Assembly (NCBI RefSeq): GCF_033026475.1
Contig: NC_090211.1
Span: forward strand, 3,977,726-4,041,725
Length of the DNA: 64,000 nucleotides
Direction: 5' to 3'
DNA from: Channa argus
Taxonomy: Eukaryota
The translations under genes were made by a program, and so were the position numbers. Below, piece after piece: positions 35,314-50,136 of this stretch. Numbering within the stretch: position 1 is the first letter of the stretch; each line of letters starts with the position of its first letter. The notes below the pieces were generated by a model. It searched no databases. It was not told where the DNA came from and saw nothing but the letters and a program-made list of their open reading frames with translations.

Positions 35314-38300
35314 TTAAATGAAACACGACAAGTCTGGTAATTGGTTTTGTTGTTGGATTGGCTAGTTGAACAGTTACTTGTATTTTGTTAAATACATTAA
35401 ATGTTCACAGATTCTTCACATGAGCGACATAACATGATTTAAATCCTAAATTAAAAAAATGTAATACTACATCAATTGGAAAGCAAGTTTGGCACAAATT
35501 GTTGTGATCCCCATCTTGGACTTTGTTTTTTTTTTAGGTTTCTTGCCTTTTGTTTGTCTTTTTATAATACTGGACCTATTGTGTCGTATTTTAAACAACA
35601 GTGTTTTCTCAATAGTATTTACAAATGTTCTAAGAAATTAACACTGTGTGGTCATAAAACAGTACAGAATAGGATGTTTGGTTACAAAAGTGAAGTGAAA
35701 ACCAAACTCCTAGTTAAATTGAAACAATAACATTTGTAAGTAAATGATATCCATCAGACATTTGCAACCGATCACCACAAATGTGAACAGGTTGTGTCAC
35801 TGTTCTCTCAGACTGGATAAGTTGGGACAAAGCATGTTTTTATGGAGAGGGAAACATAGGGCTTCGTTAAACTATAAATAAAATAATTTACTTCACATTA
35901 GACAACAGAGAGGCACTTTTGAGCAGCACAGGTTTCCTTTGGGTGAAAATGTCAGCCAGGATTGGATAATGAAGATATTAGGGTTTCTTTTAGCTCTATC
36001 TGGAAACAGGCCAGGCCATTATGGCGTTCAAGTCCAGATATAATCCGATTCTCTACCGATGAGCTGGAAATTCCCACAAAGGAGAGATCATGTGAGCCAA
36101 GAGATAAGAACAGCAACATCGTGTCCTGAACTGATTGTGCTTATTAAAACTCACCTCACTGCAGATCATTGATTTGATCTTCTTGGTCGTGACACAGCAA
36201 AGGGTGAGAACAATGATAGTTCAATGCTCCGTCTTTGTCTTGCCCACCCTCTCTCTTTTTCTCCCCCCTTTTGTAGTGAGGTTACCTTTCTCCAACAGCT
36301 CGCCCCGTCACTTCTCCGCAACCCTTATTACAAACTGTCTGTGCTCTCACTTTTCCACCCGTATCTTTTGCTTTGATCCACTCATCCTCCTTCACACTTT
36401 GACCTTTCTTTTTGTCTTTATAAAGACCAAAACCATTCAGTTTGGATCTGCTTAGACTTAAGTAAAATGTGTATTTTTAAGTGCATCCTACAAGTTCAGT
36501 TGGCATTCAGCTCCAGAGAGCCTGCGTCCCCACCATCCTTCACAATAAAACTGCAGCTAAAAAAAGAAAGAGGTCAGGAAATAAACAGATCGATGGCTTT
36601 TAGTGGGAGTCAGCACAGCTTGGCTGAATTTCTTCCCACCCACCTCCAGTTGGTGGGAGAAGCACTTTGTAGATGAACCCTGCTCGGAATAAGGTTTCAG
36701 CTCAGCAGCATTTACAAAATCAACCTCTCTGGCTGAAACAAAATAAACCAGCAGTCCAACTCTGGATATCTGCTGCAAACCACACTTCAATAAACATGAT
36801 CCCCTTCTGCAGGAAATGTCATCAAGCTGCATGTTCATGTTCCAGGTGAGTGGCTGATGGACAGCTGGAGCACGGTTGCTCCAACAGTATGAGACCTCTG
36901 TCCTCATGTTTTACAGGGACATTTGAAATGAAAGAGTAAAATGCTGAACTGCAGAGTTCATCCAGTTTCTCGGTTTAACTGAGGGCTTAGCTCACAGGAA
37001 GTCTTAAATCTGTCCACTGGTCAGTGTTTTTGCAGGAGACACCATCAGAATGTGTTCACACACCTACAACGAGCACAGTGAACTAAAGCCCAGAAAGTGG
37101 TTTAAGAGCTTTATTAAAATCACCCACATTGTAATAAAAGGACAGTGTCAACTACATTTAAAAGTAATTTGGACACAAAACAAGCATGATGCAGACTGCA
37201 ATCATTAGTCATTCATCTGCCTCTAACTCTCTTTAGTTTTTGATTTGAGAAGGAATTGGTATATAAAGTTCTTTTAGCGTCTTAAAACTGATGTCATCTT
37301 CAGATGTCTTCTTTTGTCCAACTGTCCAAATAAACCAAACAGGAAAAAAAGCGTTCAATTCCAAAAGGTGGAGCAAAACAGCTGATCCTGAGTCACTGAA
37401 GCTAAATAGTTTTGGAATTCTCGCTTGAAAATAATCTCACCATTAAATATCACCATTGTTGCTGATTGGTTCAGACAATTAACTAGTAATTTCAGCTTTT
37501 ATAAGGTTTTAGTTATCCAAATCTTTACTATCTAGGATTTCATCCATGCACTAAGACACATCCACAGATAAACTTGATTTGCTGATTTTGTGTTATGATA
37601 CAAGTTTTTGCTTTGTTTTATTCAGTTTCATTCACTCAAACAATCACCTGGGCTCTGCTCTCAGACTCTCTTTAAACCTACTTTTAAATGCATTTGGAGC
37701 GATCACATTACAAGTAGGATTTTGTTATGCTGCATCCCCTTCTCTAATGTGCGACATGGTTAAATGGGGGATTTGTGGGCTATAAGACCAGTAAGGGAGT
37801 CTCACGGTCAGGTGTGCTTTCCCTAAAACAACCACCATCTTACAAAAATGACATTCAGTGTTTACCTCCTGTACAACGTGGCAAATCAGGACACATTAAC
37901 ATTTACACTTTACAAATTATGCAGTCTAAAGCATCCAAGACCACATTGGCAAGAGGTTTGAGTGATTAGATTACAATCCGTGTTTACACGCGTATTTAGC
38001 GCTGTCCACTTGTGATCTGATTGCCCAACACACCTTTACAGCCATGTGTAAGCACGCTCTTAGCCACCTACCACACACACTCTGGCACATGTCTTGTGCC
38101 TGACATGTCTTAACAGAATCGAGAAAATAAGCTAGTGTCTCATTTTTGATTAATTTGCCTGCAAAAAAAGTCTCCACAATTATTGTTAGGGTAGGGCTAA
38201 GAGTAATACACAAGCACCAGTTTGTTACTTGTCTGTTCTGTTCATCTCATCTGTTTTTGTCCTGCTTACTTGCTCCGAATATAATCCCCAGATTCTGCAA

Positions 38301-41300
38301 AGGATTCACCATCCGATCAGTGGACCTGCTATCGTGGTGCCAGTGAGGATTCACATTTAATTTGTCAGGCCCTTTTTGCGGCTGTCTGTCAGCATTGTGG
38401 CAGCATCTTTTAATTCTTTATAGCCGCTCTAAAAATCCACTCTCTCTCTCTCTTTCTCTGTTTCCCTTTTTCGCCAGTTTTGGTCTCTTTATGTTATTAT
38501 CATTATTTTTGCTTAGAGGTTCATTTTGGTTTTGCCGTCCTCTTGGAGTGATTTTCAATTTGCCTTCTGTCCTTGGTTAGCTTGTTGTTCAGTTCCTTTT
38601 ACCTTAACATGCTCCTCATCTCTGTCCTACATATCAGCCTGCCATTTTATACAAATGTGAGACTGGGACTCGAATAATCTGGTGTGTTATTAAAGTAAGC
38701 AGCACATTATCGACAACAAACAGCACATTAGCAGCTATTTAAGATCAGATGATCATCATCATTTGGGAAGTGATGATGAAAGTACTCATGCTCTTTGAAT
38801 CTTTTGTGATCATACTGTATAATAGCCTTTGCTTCGATCATTTTTCATTATGTGAATTTATTTTCTGCCTTTCTTACATTTTAAATATATCCTTTTCCCC
38901 TTGTATTCTATTTTACAGATTATTTCTGGAAATAATTACACTGAACTTTGAACGATGCCATATACTTAAATCATACTTGTGATGTGTGTGTGAATGGTTG
39001 TCTGGGTATGTCTGTCTATGGCAGCCTGTCTCGGATGCACCGCGCTGTTTGCCCAATGACAGCTGGGATAGGCTCCAGCCTCCCCGTCTCCCTTACAGGA
39101 TTTTTACAATCTGTAATTAGGTTGAATGTAGCAATTCATATACAGTCTAGGCAATATTTGAATGGCACTCACATCTCTGTGTTTTACACTTTTGACCCTT
39201 TTAGCAGTGCAAATGATGAATAATAGATATCTGCAACACAGCAAGCATTAAATGTTAATTAGAAAGCATTGTGATTCATAATAAATAAAGGTGTTTTGGG
39301 TTGAAGCTGCTAATTAGACATATTTTGTGCTACTATCAGTTTGCTTAATTAGAGTTTTTGTCATGGTCGAAATCCCCCTCAAGGGGCACAGTGAGGAAAG
39401 GCATTAACATTCTGCCTCGTTGTATAGCAGTATCGTAAAGATAAAAGCTTTTTGCTGAAAACCAGCATAACATATTACCATCAAAATAACTGCTTTATTC
39501 ATTATATATCAGTAGACAATGAGTGTAAATTGCATACAGTATTATTACGGACAGTCAGCTGTTATCAGATCAGCCAGTGCACAGATACAAAGCAAGCCTC
39601 CTTTTTCTTGTTATACCAAGGTCAATTGACTGAAATCCCTCAAAGAGACTGCACAGACAATAAAACAGCTATTCGTCATCCATCTTTGTTATAACTTCTA
39701 TACGACTGCTAAGCTGATACTGTAGCAGGCAGCTAATGAGCCCATGCCTGGTTTAAATAACAAAATACATGAAGATAAAATAACAAGAAGCTTAGAAGAA
39801 GCTTTGGTGCCTGTGTCACACACACCTCATGAATCCAGACATATTTAAATATGTCTTATTGGACCCCAAAGTGTCATGTCAACAGTAAAGAGTTAAAGCA
39901 TCTGGGACACTGCAGGCAGTGGGCCTACAGATGCTTTGTAGCACGTTGTGGGTGACTGCTGCATGCTTTTTTGGAGAAGTAATCTTCTTGTGAGTAATAA
40001 GAAAACCATGTGAAGATCAATAAATCCCAAACCGAGTTCTGTGTCAAGAATAACAAGTACAAACTACAGTAAGACCAACTGTTATAAGTTTTTTTCTTTT
40101 AGTAGCAAATTCAGTGCGTTTTGTATGTAAATTAATTGTTTTTCTGTACGTGCCCCCGCAGTACTCCCTCTCACCAGCCGAGGCTCTCTCACCACTCCCA
40201 CTCCATCTCTGTCTGTCTCTACTCCCTCCTGGGCTCCCGTTCCTCAGCTGGCTACTGGTTCACTCAGCTGTTCCAGATCATCCATCATCACCCATTCATT
40301 CTCTGTGTATTTAAGGACTTGTCTGAGTGGTTAATGTTGTACTGTCTTTTCCAGCTTGTTTGTCCTGCCTTGTTTGTCCTTTCCTAGACCACCAGCCTTT
40401 GATATCCTTATGAGTTTGTGCCTTTAGCCTTGTATATTTGTTAACCTTGTTACCATTTTATTAGCATTAGTTCTGTGGTACTTAGCTTGTTAGTTCTTTC
40501 CTCTAACTTGAGTGATTTTTAATTCCTCTTATATTTTCCTCCTTAGTGAATGTCAGAGTAGTTTTTCCTCTAGTATTAGAATAGTCCTTTGTTTATTCAC
40601 ATAGTATTTCCTGTAGTGATTTTTAAGTGAGCTTTAGGTTAGGTTAGGTCTTGTTTTGGTATTCTCCTACACTTTGGTAATACATTTGTCTTGGTTTATT
40701 GCACATGTTGCTACCACTTGCATTTGGGACCTGTTCCAAATGTCCCAACTCAAGTTCAACCAGACCTAGGGTATGGGTAACAAGACCCAAGTCAAGAGCA
40801 ACAAATCATTTGAAAAAGCATTAAAAGTCCCAAGTAAAGAACAATGAGTCCCAAATAAAAAGAAAAATGTCCATCAAGCCAGGATTGCGAGTCTGACAAA
40901 TCCCTAGATGTGGATGTTAGACCCAAACGCTCTTCTGTTTATGGTATTGTTAGTAATAATATTTAAATTCCCACGTTAACAGCTGAGGAACATGATATTA
41001 TAAAATAAACCAGATGGGCCAAGAAACATGAGCAGTCAGACAATCACACTAAAATACAGTAACAGGCTGGCTGAGGTTGAAACTGACAATTTCTTAAAAG
41101 TGCCTGAGACAAGTAAAATTGTACTGAAAAGTCGCATTACATCACTCTACTGGCTGAATCTTTACTTCTTCTATAAAATTAAGTGACTGTGAGAATAAAT
41201 GGCTCGATCTCATAAATATTTTATCTACAGAGCATCGCCTGAAACAAGACATGGAGTGTTTTTTATTACCAATTAAAAAATCCCTTTCTGAAATAGTTTA

Positions 41301-44300
41301 GAGTGAAAAATTATGCTGTGGACCACACTGAATATATTTATGTGTAGGCTTCAAAAAATCCACGAGCCAAGAATAACACACGCAGATCCATTAGTCGTCC
41401 CTGTTGGCATGTTGTAGTGTAGTTTGGTAAATGGAAGTGACTAATAACAGAATACCCAATCCCATCATGATGTTTCATGCCATGAACGCGAGGGCGTCCT
41501 GCCATGGGGTGATTTTATAACCTACAGTTCAGAGACTCCCAGAGGTCTGTAAGAGGTCTATGAGTCGTCCAGAAAAATAAGTAGTTTCATCTCATGATGG
41601 TTTAATTCACTGGAAATGATCCCGGTTAGCAAGCGTATAATAAGGACTAATTTAGATAATGGCTTTCACTCCACTCTGCCACTATTATCTGCCCACATGG
41701 AGTGGAAGAAGTCTGAACCAATGACAACAGAAACTCCTTGTGAGGATCACAGGAACTAAAAATGAAGATCTGAAAATAGACACTCTGCATATGCTGCTCT
41801 TTATACAGAGTCTGCTTTGATCCAGTTCAATAAAATGTGGCTCCTATTTTTCAATAAACTGTGGGATAACAGGGCACATCACCCTTTCAATGAATAGTTC
41901 AGCATTTTGGGAAATGCTTATTTTCTTTTTTCGTGCAGATAGGTCATGGAGTGCCAACCAAACTGCCTGCTGAGGAAGTTCAGAGATGCAGTCTACCCCC
42001 ACATCCCCAAGTGCTACCAACACTAAAGCAAAGATCTCGAGAGCCATTAGTCTTTTGTGATTAAACTGTAAAAATATATGATTATTATTTACTTTGTGGC
42101 AAGAAAGCAACACGTAATTTAACTGAGTAGATTTGTTGTGACAAATGTTTGAGGAAAATATATTAAATAAGTTATTCAAAATGTATTCAAACTTCACGCC
42201 AGTGGTTAGTGAAGCAATTACTAAAATGGTTGGGTTTAGTAAAAGTATAGCAAATTATATAATTTATAAATCTGTTTAGCAAAAAAAAAATCCCTTTACA
42301 TGTATAATATTCAAACTAAATAAGTTTGTGTGTGTTTGTTAATTATAATAATGTCAATTTCATAAATATACATCTTTTTATGACCTCATACCTAGGTCAA
42401 GTAATATTTCAAGTGCTGAGTTCATGTTACATGAAAGAAAGCTTCTTTTGTGCTGTTATTTTGTGATTATGGGGTATTTTCTCATTATTTCGAGACAACG
42501 AGGTAATTTTCCACATTATTAACATATTGATGTGTACAGGACATTGGTGCTTTCCAAGGGTGGTGGGGGGCTGAACGTGAACTGGATGAGCATGTTCCAG
42601 GAGATCACAATAATGTCAGAACAAGAAAACAGATACAGCACACTTGAAAAAAGCCGTTCAGGTGGGACCTGCCACCTGCTGTTCTTTCATCATCCCAGTA
42701 ATGAGGGAGAGAGTGTGTGTGTGTACTGTTTCCCTAAGTAGTGTAATATTTAACTACTATAGTAAAACATTAAAATAGCATATCGGAACAACAAACAGCC
42801 TATAGTCATTGCTAAACCAAAGTTAAATTACTTACAGCTTAGATTTGGACTTGATGTTAAAAAAAACGTCATATAAAAATTATTAGAATATCATTATGCT
42901 TCATGCATATTAAGAAAAGTTGGTTCACCTTGGAAAAAAAAATTTCAAGTGTTGGTGCAAAATCATCAACAGGCTAACAAAACAAAGTAAGTGGTTTTAA
43001 AAACAAACTGTTGTAAAGAAAGACAATAGGCAGAGGGGCAGAAGTTGCTACCTGCTATTTGAAATGTAATGAATAAAGCAATAGGTGCTAACATCAGCTA
43101 ATACTAACTGCGACCAAACTCATAAAACTGTCTCAGGCAACTAATGTTATTGAGTCTGTTAAAAACCAACTACTCAGCTGTAAGTATAGTTAAGGTTAAC
43201 TATTAATTCGCTTTTGTTCTCACCATGACTCCTTCGTTCTCGGTAGCTCTGCGTATCGGCTCGGAACTCGTCCCCTCTCCCTCAACTCGAGGGGGTGAAT
43301 CCAGCAGATCAGCATCAAACACTCTCAACACTACTGAGTAGAAGCTGCCAGCAAAAAGGCAACATGGCAGCTTCTGCAGCAGTGATTGCAGTGGTTTCTT
43401 TCTTGCATAGTGACAGGACGAAATGACACGTTGTCTATCTTTGTATAGGCCTTATGATTTTTGTTTGTTTTTTTTTTCAACTTCCTGTCTGCACAGAAAG
43501 CGTCCATGTGTTGCGTTGTGTAAATTAACGTCTGGTGCTTATGATCAACAGGCAAACAGCCACCAGCTGTTTATACAGAGACAAATTACACGAGGTACAG
43601 TACACACAGCCGGTAATCAGCTGCTCAGGAGAGGGACTGTCTTAGATTGTCAATGATAATGATAATTAGAATGCGTAAGAACTTGCTTCCAGACCAACTG
43701 ATTTAAGAGGAGTTCAACATAGCTGGCAGTATCAAATAATGTTAAAAGACAAGACACATAAATAGGGATAACCCCAAAAGTGGTGGTCCACATAAGGTCA
43801 GTGCATACTGTGGTTTGAGGTGAGTCATGGTCAGTCAACGATCTGACTGCTGCATAGTCAGAAAGGTTTCTGGAAGGTTAAAGCCTCTGTTATAGTGTTG
43901 TTGTTTTAATATTATTGCAGTAAGACATTTTACAGTACACATTGTAAATGTATTGGACCATGACTGTGCTGTGATAGACAATAAACAGATGGGCCAGACC
44001 GTCCTCATCTGTCAGATATCTCCTCGTCCATATTCTATTTACTTTTTGATTTAAAAGCAGAATTGCACAAAATAACATCATTAGTAAGACCTCAAAGATA
44101 TGACAAAAATATGTCAAAGAAAAAAGCACTTTTTTGGGTAGTGAGGATATGTCAAGATGTCCTTCTAATACAGACATGTTCACAGTATTATCATTTTAAA
44201 CCAAAATATGTCCTCTCATAGACAGCCATACAATCCACCACCTATGTCCACATGCACAGGTGAGTTTTTATTTACTGTCTATTTCCTTTCTGTCTATTTT

Positions 44301-47300
44301 CTGGAGACCTATTAGAACCACAACCTACCAAACTTTAACCGTACGTAAACCTCACCTTATTCTGACCTTTAATTATTTACATTATGGGGACTTGCTTTTT
44401 CACCACTGAAGGAAATTAAGTCCCTACAATGCCATGTTCATCCACACAGAGCGTTTAGCTGATTCTTTAGCATCAAACCTGAATTTTTTATGAATCAGTT
44501 TACCTGTGACCTTTTTGTTATTCATGTGTTGAAAGTTTAATATAAATGTAACATCAGTGCTTTTTAATTTTTTTCTGTGAGTTTTCAGCTAATCCTTTCC
44601 TAAATCATTATCACAGCCTCAGTGGGACCTGTAGAAATGGAAAAAACCCAGCTGTGGGAAGCGTAAAGGACTTTAAATCTTCCACAGGTTCTTAGGGTGC
44701 TGGACTGAGTTCTAATGTGGTTTGTCAACTCAAAGTCTGCCAGGGAAATACTGTATTTTCACAATTAGCCTTACAAAGAATTTGTGAATGAAATTCATTT
44801 TATGTAAACTGCAGATAGAATAGCAATAATCATCTGAAATCGTTTTAGTTTATATTTTGAATGTAATAGATCCTTATAATCTTCTAGTTTTAGTAATGTT
44901 ACTTAGTTATCAATACACAGTTAATTTTGCATTTTCCATGTGAAATGATGTATGGGCCTCTCACTGGGTCCTGCAGTGGCTGTCAGTTCATGCCATCATC
45001 TAAATGCTGCTAATGCAGAGGTGACACTGGTGTCACATTGTGTTTTTATTTTTACTTTGACATTTAACATAATCTAACTTAGCTAACTAAGTTAACAGAG
45101 CAACCAGAAGTCAACTTGTTAGCTTAGCTAGTTAGCTAATTTGGACAATATGTTTTCTGGAGTAAACTGATGAAAGCTGTGTCCAACTAAGCTAAATGTC
45201 AAGCTATGAATGATAAGTTATGAAATTTCGATGCAATACTTAGCAACTGTTCTGAACGATTTGGCAACTAAAGCAAGGCAAATGACTGATTTCAATTGTT
45301 TCCAACAATATATTTTCCTAATTTTCTTCATACGATTAACGTGTCATTCTCTTATTTATCAGTCTTTTATTTACTACATTAATTGCAGAAAATTCTAATG
45401 TTATCATTACTTTTTTCTTGGGCAAATGTTTTCTATTTCTTGACTGATTCTTTAACTTCTTTCTTTATACATTTGACCTTTTTTATTAAAATATCCCAGG
45501 TTAATTCCTGTAAAAGCAGTAATATCTTATTGTTTCAGCAATACTGACATATTTAAATTCAGGCTGACATGTTTGTGAGGCTTTTTCATGTCTTGTGAAT
45601 CTTTTTTATTCAGTTTTCTCTGAGTTGCAGTCTGGCAGAAGGCAAATTGTATCTTTGGAAACTTTACAATCTCTGCCAGCCTTTCAAATAAAGTTCTGTA
45701 AGTCTGAAGAAACTTCAGCTACATGACATCACTTCATGCTCATGAGCTGAGCTGTGAGCTTAGAAGAGGAGGAGATTTATTTTTCAAATTGTTTGCTTAT
45801 CTTCTCACTATTCAAAAAAGAAAAAGTCCTCTGTATAATTTTCTGTTCCCTGCAGACCGACTAGACTCCTATGTGGGTCTAAACTCCTCTGGGCGAGTCA
45901 TCATCTGTCAGTGCATGTTCACTCATTCTCTGACTGTCTTTCTCCTCCAGCTGTCACTCACTTCACTTTTGATGAGCTAACTGTCATTTATCGGATGTCT
46001 CTCTTGTCCAGATACATGCTCCCTGACCCTGTTAAGTTTTCTTTGACAAAACTTCAGTGTTCAATTGAGTTCCTATCTCATTTGTGTTGTTACAATATTG
46101 CACTTAAAATCGGGAAAACACAAATACAGCTCTAACTGTGCAGGAAGTACAATTTAATTATATTCAATTCCAATATAAAATTTCCAAACCCAGTTTTCTT
46201 TAATCAAATCATGGTTTTTAACAACATCTACACCTTCCTTATCCTCCTGAAAGCATGCAGTCATAACTCACATAATAACAAAATATAAAATTAGTTAGCT
46301 TTTTCATAAAATGAGTTAGCTTTTCTTAGCAGTTTTATGAATACTCCAAAGTCGGAATATTAATTGGTAAGGGTAAGGGTTATAAACTCAATTTTCAGGT
46401 TGGGGCACTGTGTAAAATGTAAATAAAATATAATGCAATGATTCACAAATAATGTTAAATCTGTTTTTGATATGTAAATAATATAAAGACAACATACAAA
46501 TGTTGAAACAGAAATTATATAATTATTTGTATATATATATATTTTTTTATTTGATGCTACAAACACATCTCAAATGTTTGCAAAAGCAACAAAAATTGGT
46601 AATGTTGTGTAATACAAGTGAGGCTGGGGCGAGCTTCATCAAAATCTGTGTGCAGCAACAACAAGAATAACATTCCTCAACATAAAATTCCAATAATTTG
46701 TATGTGGTAACATATCATTATAAAGTTCAGAATTTAGGCAAAGTGCAATGTTGAAAACATATTTTAAATTGTCATTAATGCATCTACAATAATGTAGTAG
46801 CTGCATATAAAAATGCAAATTGAAACTAATTTCAAATGTACTGAAGTGAAGTGGAAATCTGAAGATCTTTTTGGAAATTATAGGTTCTGCATCCTTTATG
46901 CTAAAGACGAGAGAGAAGTTCAAACAGTTCAAACGCAGCATCTGTGATGGGGTGGAAGTGGAAGTATTTGTTAACTTGCACCACTTTAAAGCCTCGATTA
47001 TTGCTGAATGATATATAATGTATACAGATATTAGAGTAACATGTACTGCTATTCAGACAGTGTTTCAGGAAAGAGCCCAATATCAAACCACATTCTACAA
47101 CCACATGGCTCAGTATTAAAAGATTCCAGGTGCTAAAGTGGCCTCGCTGCAACATTTGTTGGAAATTATTTCTTCAACAAATGTACCACTTGGGGGTTTT
47201 CAGTGGTGTATTATTCAGCATTTGGGTCTCCAAAGTACTTGCAGCAGCAGCAGGATGTTGTTTGTATTTATGTGTGAATTCATGGTATTGAATAAACTTG

Positions 47301-49751
47301 CCCAAAAAATGTGTCGACAGGATAAAAACACAAAATATAACCAGGTTTGCGTTTTAACCAAATATGTGGCACATGTGGATTACAGAGGTCACATTTGGTC
47401 TTGGCTGCTATGACATTGCATGGCCTGTCCTGGATTACCATGGCACCTCACTGAATGACTTCACCGTCATGGGGTGCACATGTGTAAAATCACATTACGG
47501 TTCACTGGCCCTGCATGGGAAAAATCTAATTAATGACCTTCCATGGTTACACTAGAGAGCACCACAGAGGTATTCAGCACTGCTGCTTCACAGCAGTCGG
47601 TCTTGACTGTAGGTCTCACTATTCAATAAAATCAACCCTGTAAGTGGATGTTACACCGACTCAAATGGGTCAAATGAAATGTAAAATTTTAATTTGCATC
47701 AGAAGGTACATTTCATTCTGAGAACCTAATGGTTGTCTGCTGCAGCCTGAAGACACAACTTTCAGCTATTTAAATGCAGAAAAACAGTTGATTTCAATAT
47801 ATTCAAAAATGGTGCTTACACTGTCACAAGGCCACTGTATTGTGCACATCCCATTTGCAGGCTTGAAGCAGTTGCACTGTGAGAATTTTGCTGCAGGCTG
47901 CTTTTATTTAGCAAAGATCTAAATTGAAAGGCAGTAAATCTGGGAGAACAGGCTTGGATTGACATCCAATTATTTTACTACATTTTTCAAATACATTTTG
48001 CCAGGGAAAGCTAGAATTTACAGTTAAAGATTAAAGGCGCCCAAGAGCTGCAGGTTTCACTGAACACTGAAGAGATTTTACTTTGACATCCTCAGCTCTT
48101 CAACACGTACATTATGTTTCCTTTGACTTATTCTTATTATTGCACAAAAAGAGATAATTTCAATAATCTAAAAAGCAGCACGCTGAATAAACAGCATCAC
48201 ATTTACTCAATCACATGGGTGAAAAAATGAATGTACACAGCATAAAACAAACAGTTTAGGTAAAATACTCCTAAAATAACTCCTGGTCTCATAAATTAAT
48301 ATTGGGAATAATCCTTGGTAACTCAGCTCAGACTGCGAGGGCCATTTATTCTCTGCTCCAATACACCAAGGAAGTGGCCATGAATCTTCATCAATTCATT
48401 AGCATTTACAGTCAAGATTTATTTGCCATAGCAACAGTCCTCATTTGGAAATTAACTATTCAATTTGAATTCAGCAAAGTCTCAATGTAAATCTCACATG
48501 TAGTAGAAAATGTAACTTAATTACAGAAATATTTTGGGTGTTCGCAACTAATAATAATGTGTAACCATTAACAACATTAAAAAGGAATACAAATGAAAAG
48601 ATCCCACAGGTAACATTTATAATCAAGTGTAATGAGGAATAAAAAGTTTATGTTTTTTCAATTCAAGGGCTTGTTTGCATCACCAGTTGTTGCAGGTTAA
48701 ATGTTGGCAGACATGTGGCTGATCTAGCAAATACTTAGCTAACATCGTATAATTTGGCATGTTTTACAAAAACTTGAGATTCAAAGACTCCCTACACCCT
48801 AGATTTAGCAACATGAGACTGAATCCATCGCTTCTGCTTTGCGCTCCAAAATGTGCTACACAGCCAATCAGGTACTTGTAGTTATCAAATTACAATAAAA
48901 AAGAATGACTAGTTCTGTAAAATCCAGTTTTTCCACCACCAGCAATTATGTTTTACCAAAACATGTTTATTAATTAATTAATATTTTAGTAGCTATAAAA
49001 TGGCATTGTATACTTTTGTAACATTAAAAACATATCTGCAGCATAAAGTTTCATAATTGTTATTCTGAATTAAATGGTTGAATAATAAATGCAGATTAAC
49101 CTATGCTATTTTCTACTCTAACCAGTTCTTTCCATAATCATCTGCAAGTCTGTGCAAGGCATCTTAGGCAGTCGCTTGCTGTTAAATCCTGTTTTTCTCA
49201 ATAGAAAACAATGGATCTGAATCACCCTATTGGAACAATTCGAAGCTACATGAGTCACATGACCCACTATTGTTTCTGACCCCTCAATCTCCTTCTGGTT
49301 GTGTCAGCTGCAGAACATCTAGTCAACAGTGTTTCAATGAAAATGCCAAAAGGACTTTAACAGCTTGTAAAATCACTACAGGGTCTTTCACAAAGTCATA
49401 AATTCCTATAGGCAAATATAAAAACATAAAGATTGGTTTCTGTTTGTGTTTGGTTTGGTTTGGTTTCAGTTTTTCCAAAAATATCTTTTTATTTTTTATG
49501 TTTAGTCTGTAAAAATATTTTATTTCTTTCTATTGATTAGCCACAATATTAATACCAACTTGTAGTGGAGAACATTTTAGGCCAATATTGATGTGATTGG
49601 TTGTGTGATGACTGTGTGGCTCGTGTCACTCTCGAGATAAAAACCTGTTGATTTTGATCAATTTTGGTGTCACCTCATTCAACTCCTAACGTGATAACAA
49701 AGCCACCGATGTGTACTTAGAGACAGATGCATGGATGGATGACTTCTCTTA

Positions 49752-49811
49752 CCTCTCTTAAATAGCAGGATATTCCTCGAAGGGCTTCTCCCATGGCAGT
49801 AGGAGAGGGGA
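49752..49811 (-). CDS. doc2a: DOC2-family protein, inter-C2 linker exon (LPSPTAMGEALRGISCYLRE)
   Basis: Minus strand tgttgtctttatttgatccag|CTCCCCTCTCCTACTGCCATGGGAGAAGCCCTTCGAGGAATATCCTGCTATTTAAGAGAG|gtaagagaag. It is 60 bp in phase 0/0. The ALRGISCY motif is remembered from DOC2A (MSAALRGISCY). Confidence 0.7.
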
Positions 49812-50136
49812 GCTGGATCAAATAAAGACAACAGGAAGAAGGAAACACAGAGAATAAAAGGGGATGTTCAGTCTTAGTTTTGTGTGAGATCAATAAGTGT
49901 GTTTTCAAAATTGAAAGGAGACAGCAGTGGTAATGAAGTTAATCATTTAAATGTGGCGAGACATGATGCTCTTACTATACAGTAGCTTACAGTTTCTACA
50001 GTTAAACATAGAAAAATGCTCGAACCCAATTGCAAGAGCTCCTTAGTTTGTGAGGTCTCAAACCTTTTAGCCTGTATTCACATCCATACAAAGCAGTTGT
50101 GCTCAGGTCTGACGAAGATCAGTCATTAGTTTTGTC

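Noticed and set aside
36557-36907. 116-aa minus ORF, examined as a possible extra DOC2 exon in the 14.5-kb intron
   Set aside because: No similarity to any DOC2, rabphilin or C2 region. The continuous DOC2 alignment across the 49752 to 35301 junction leaves no missing residues to account for.
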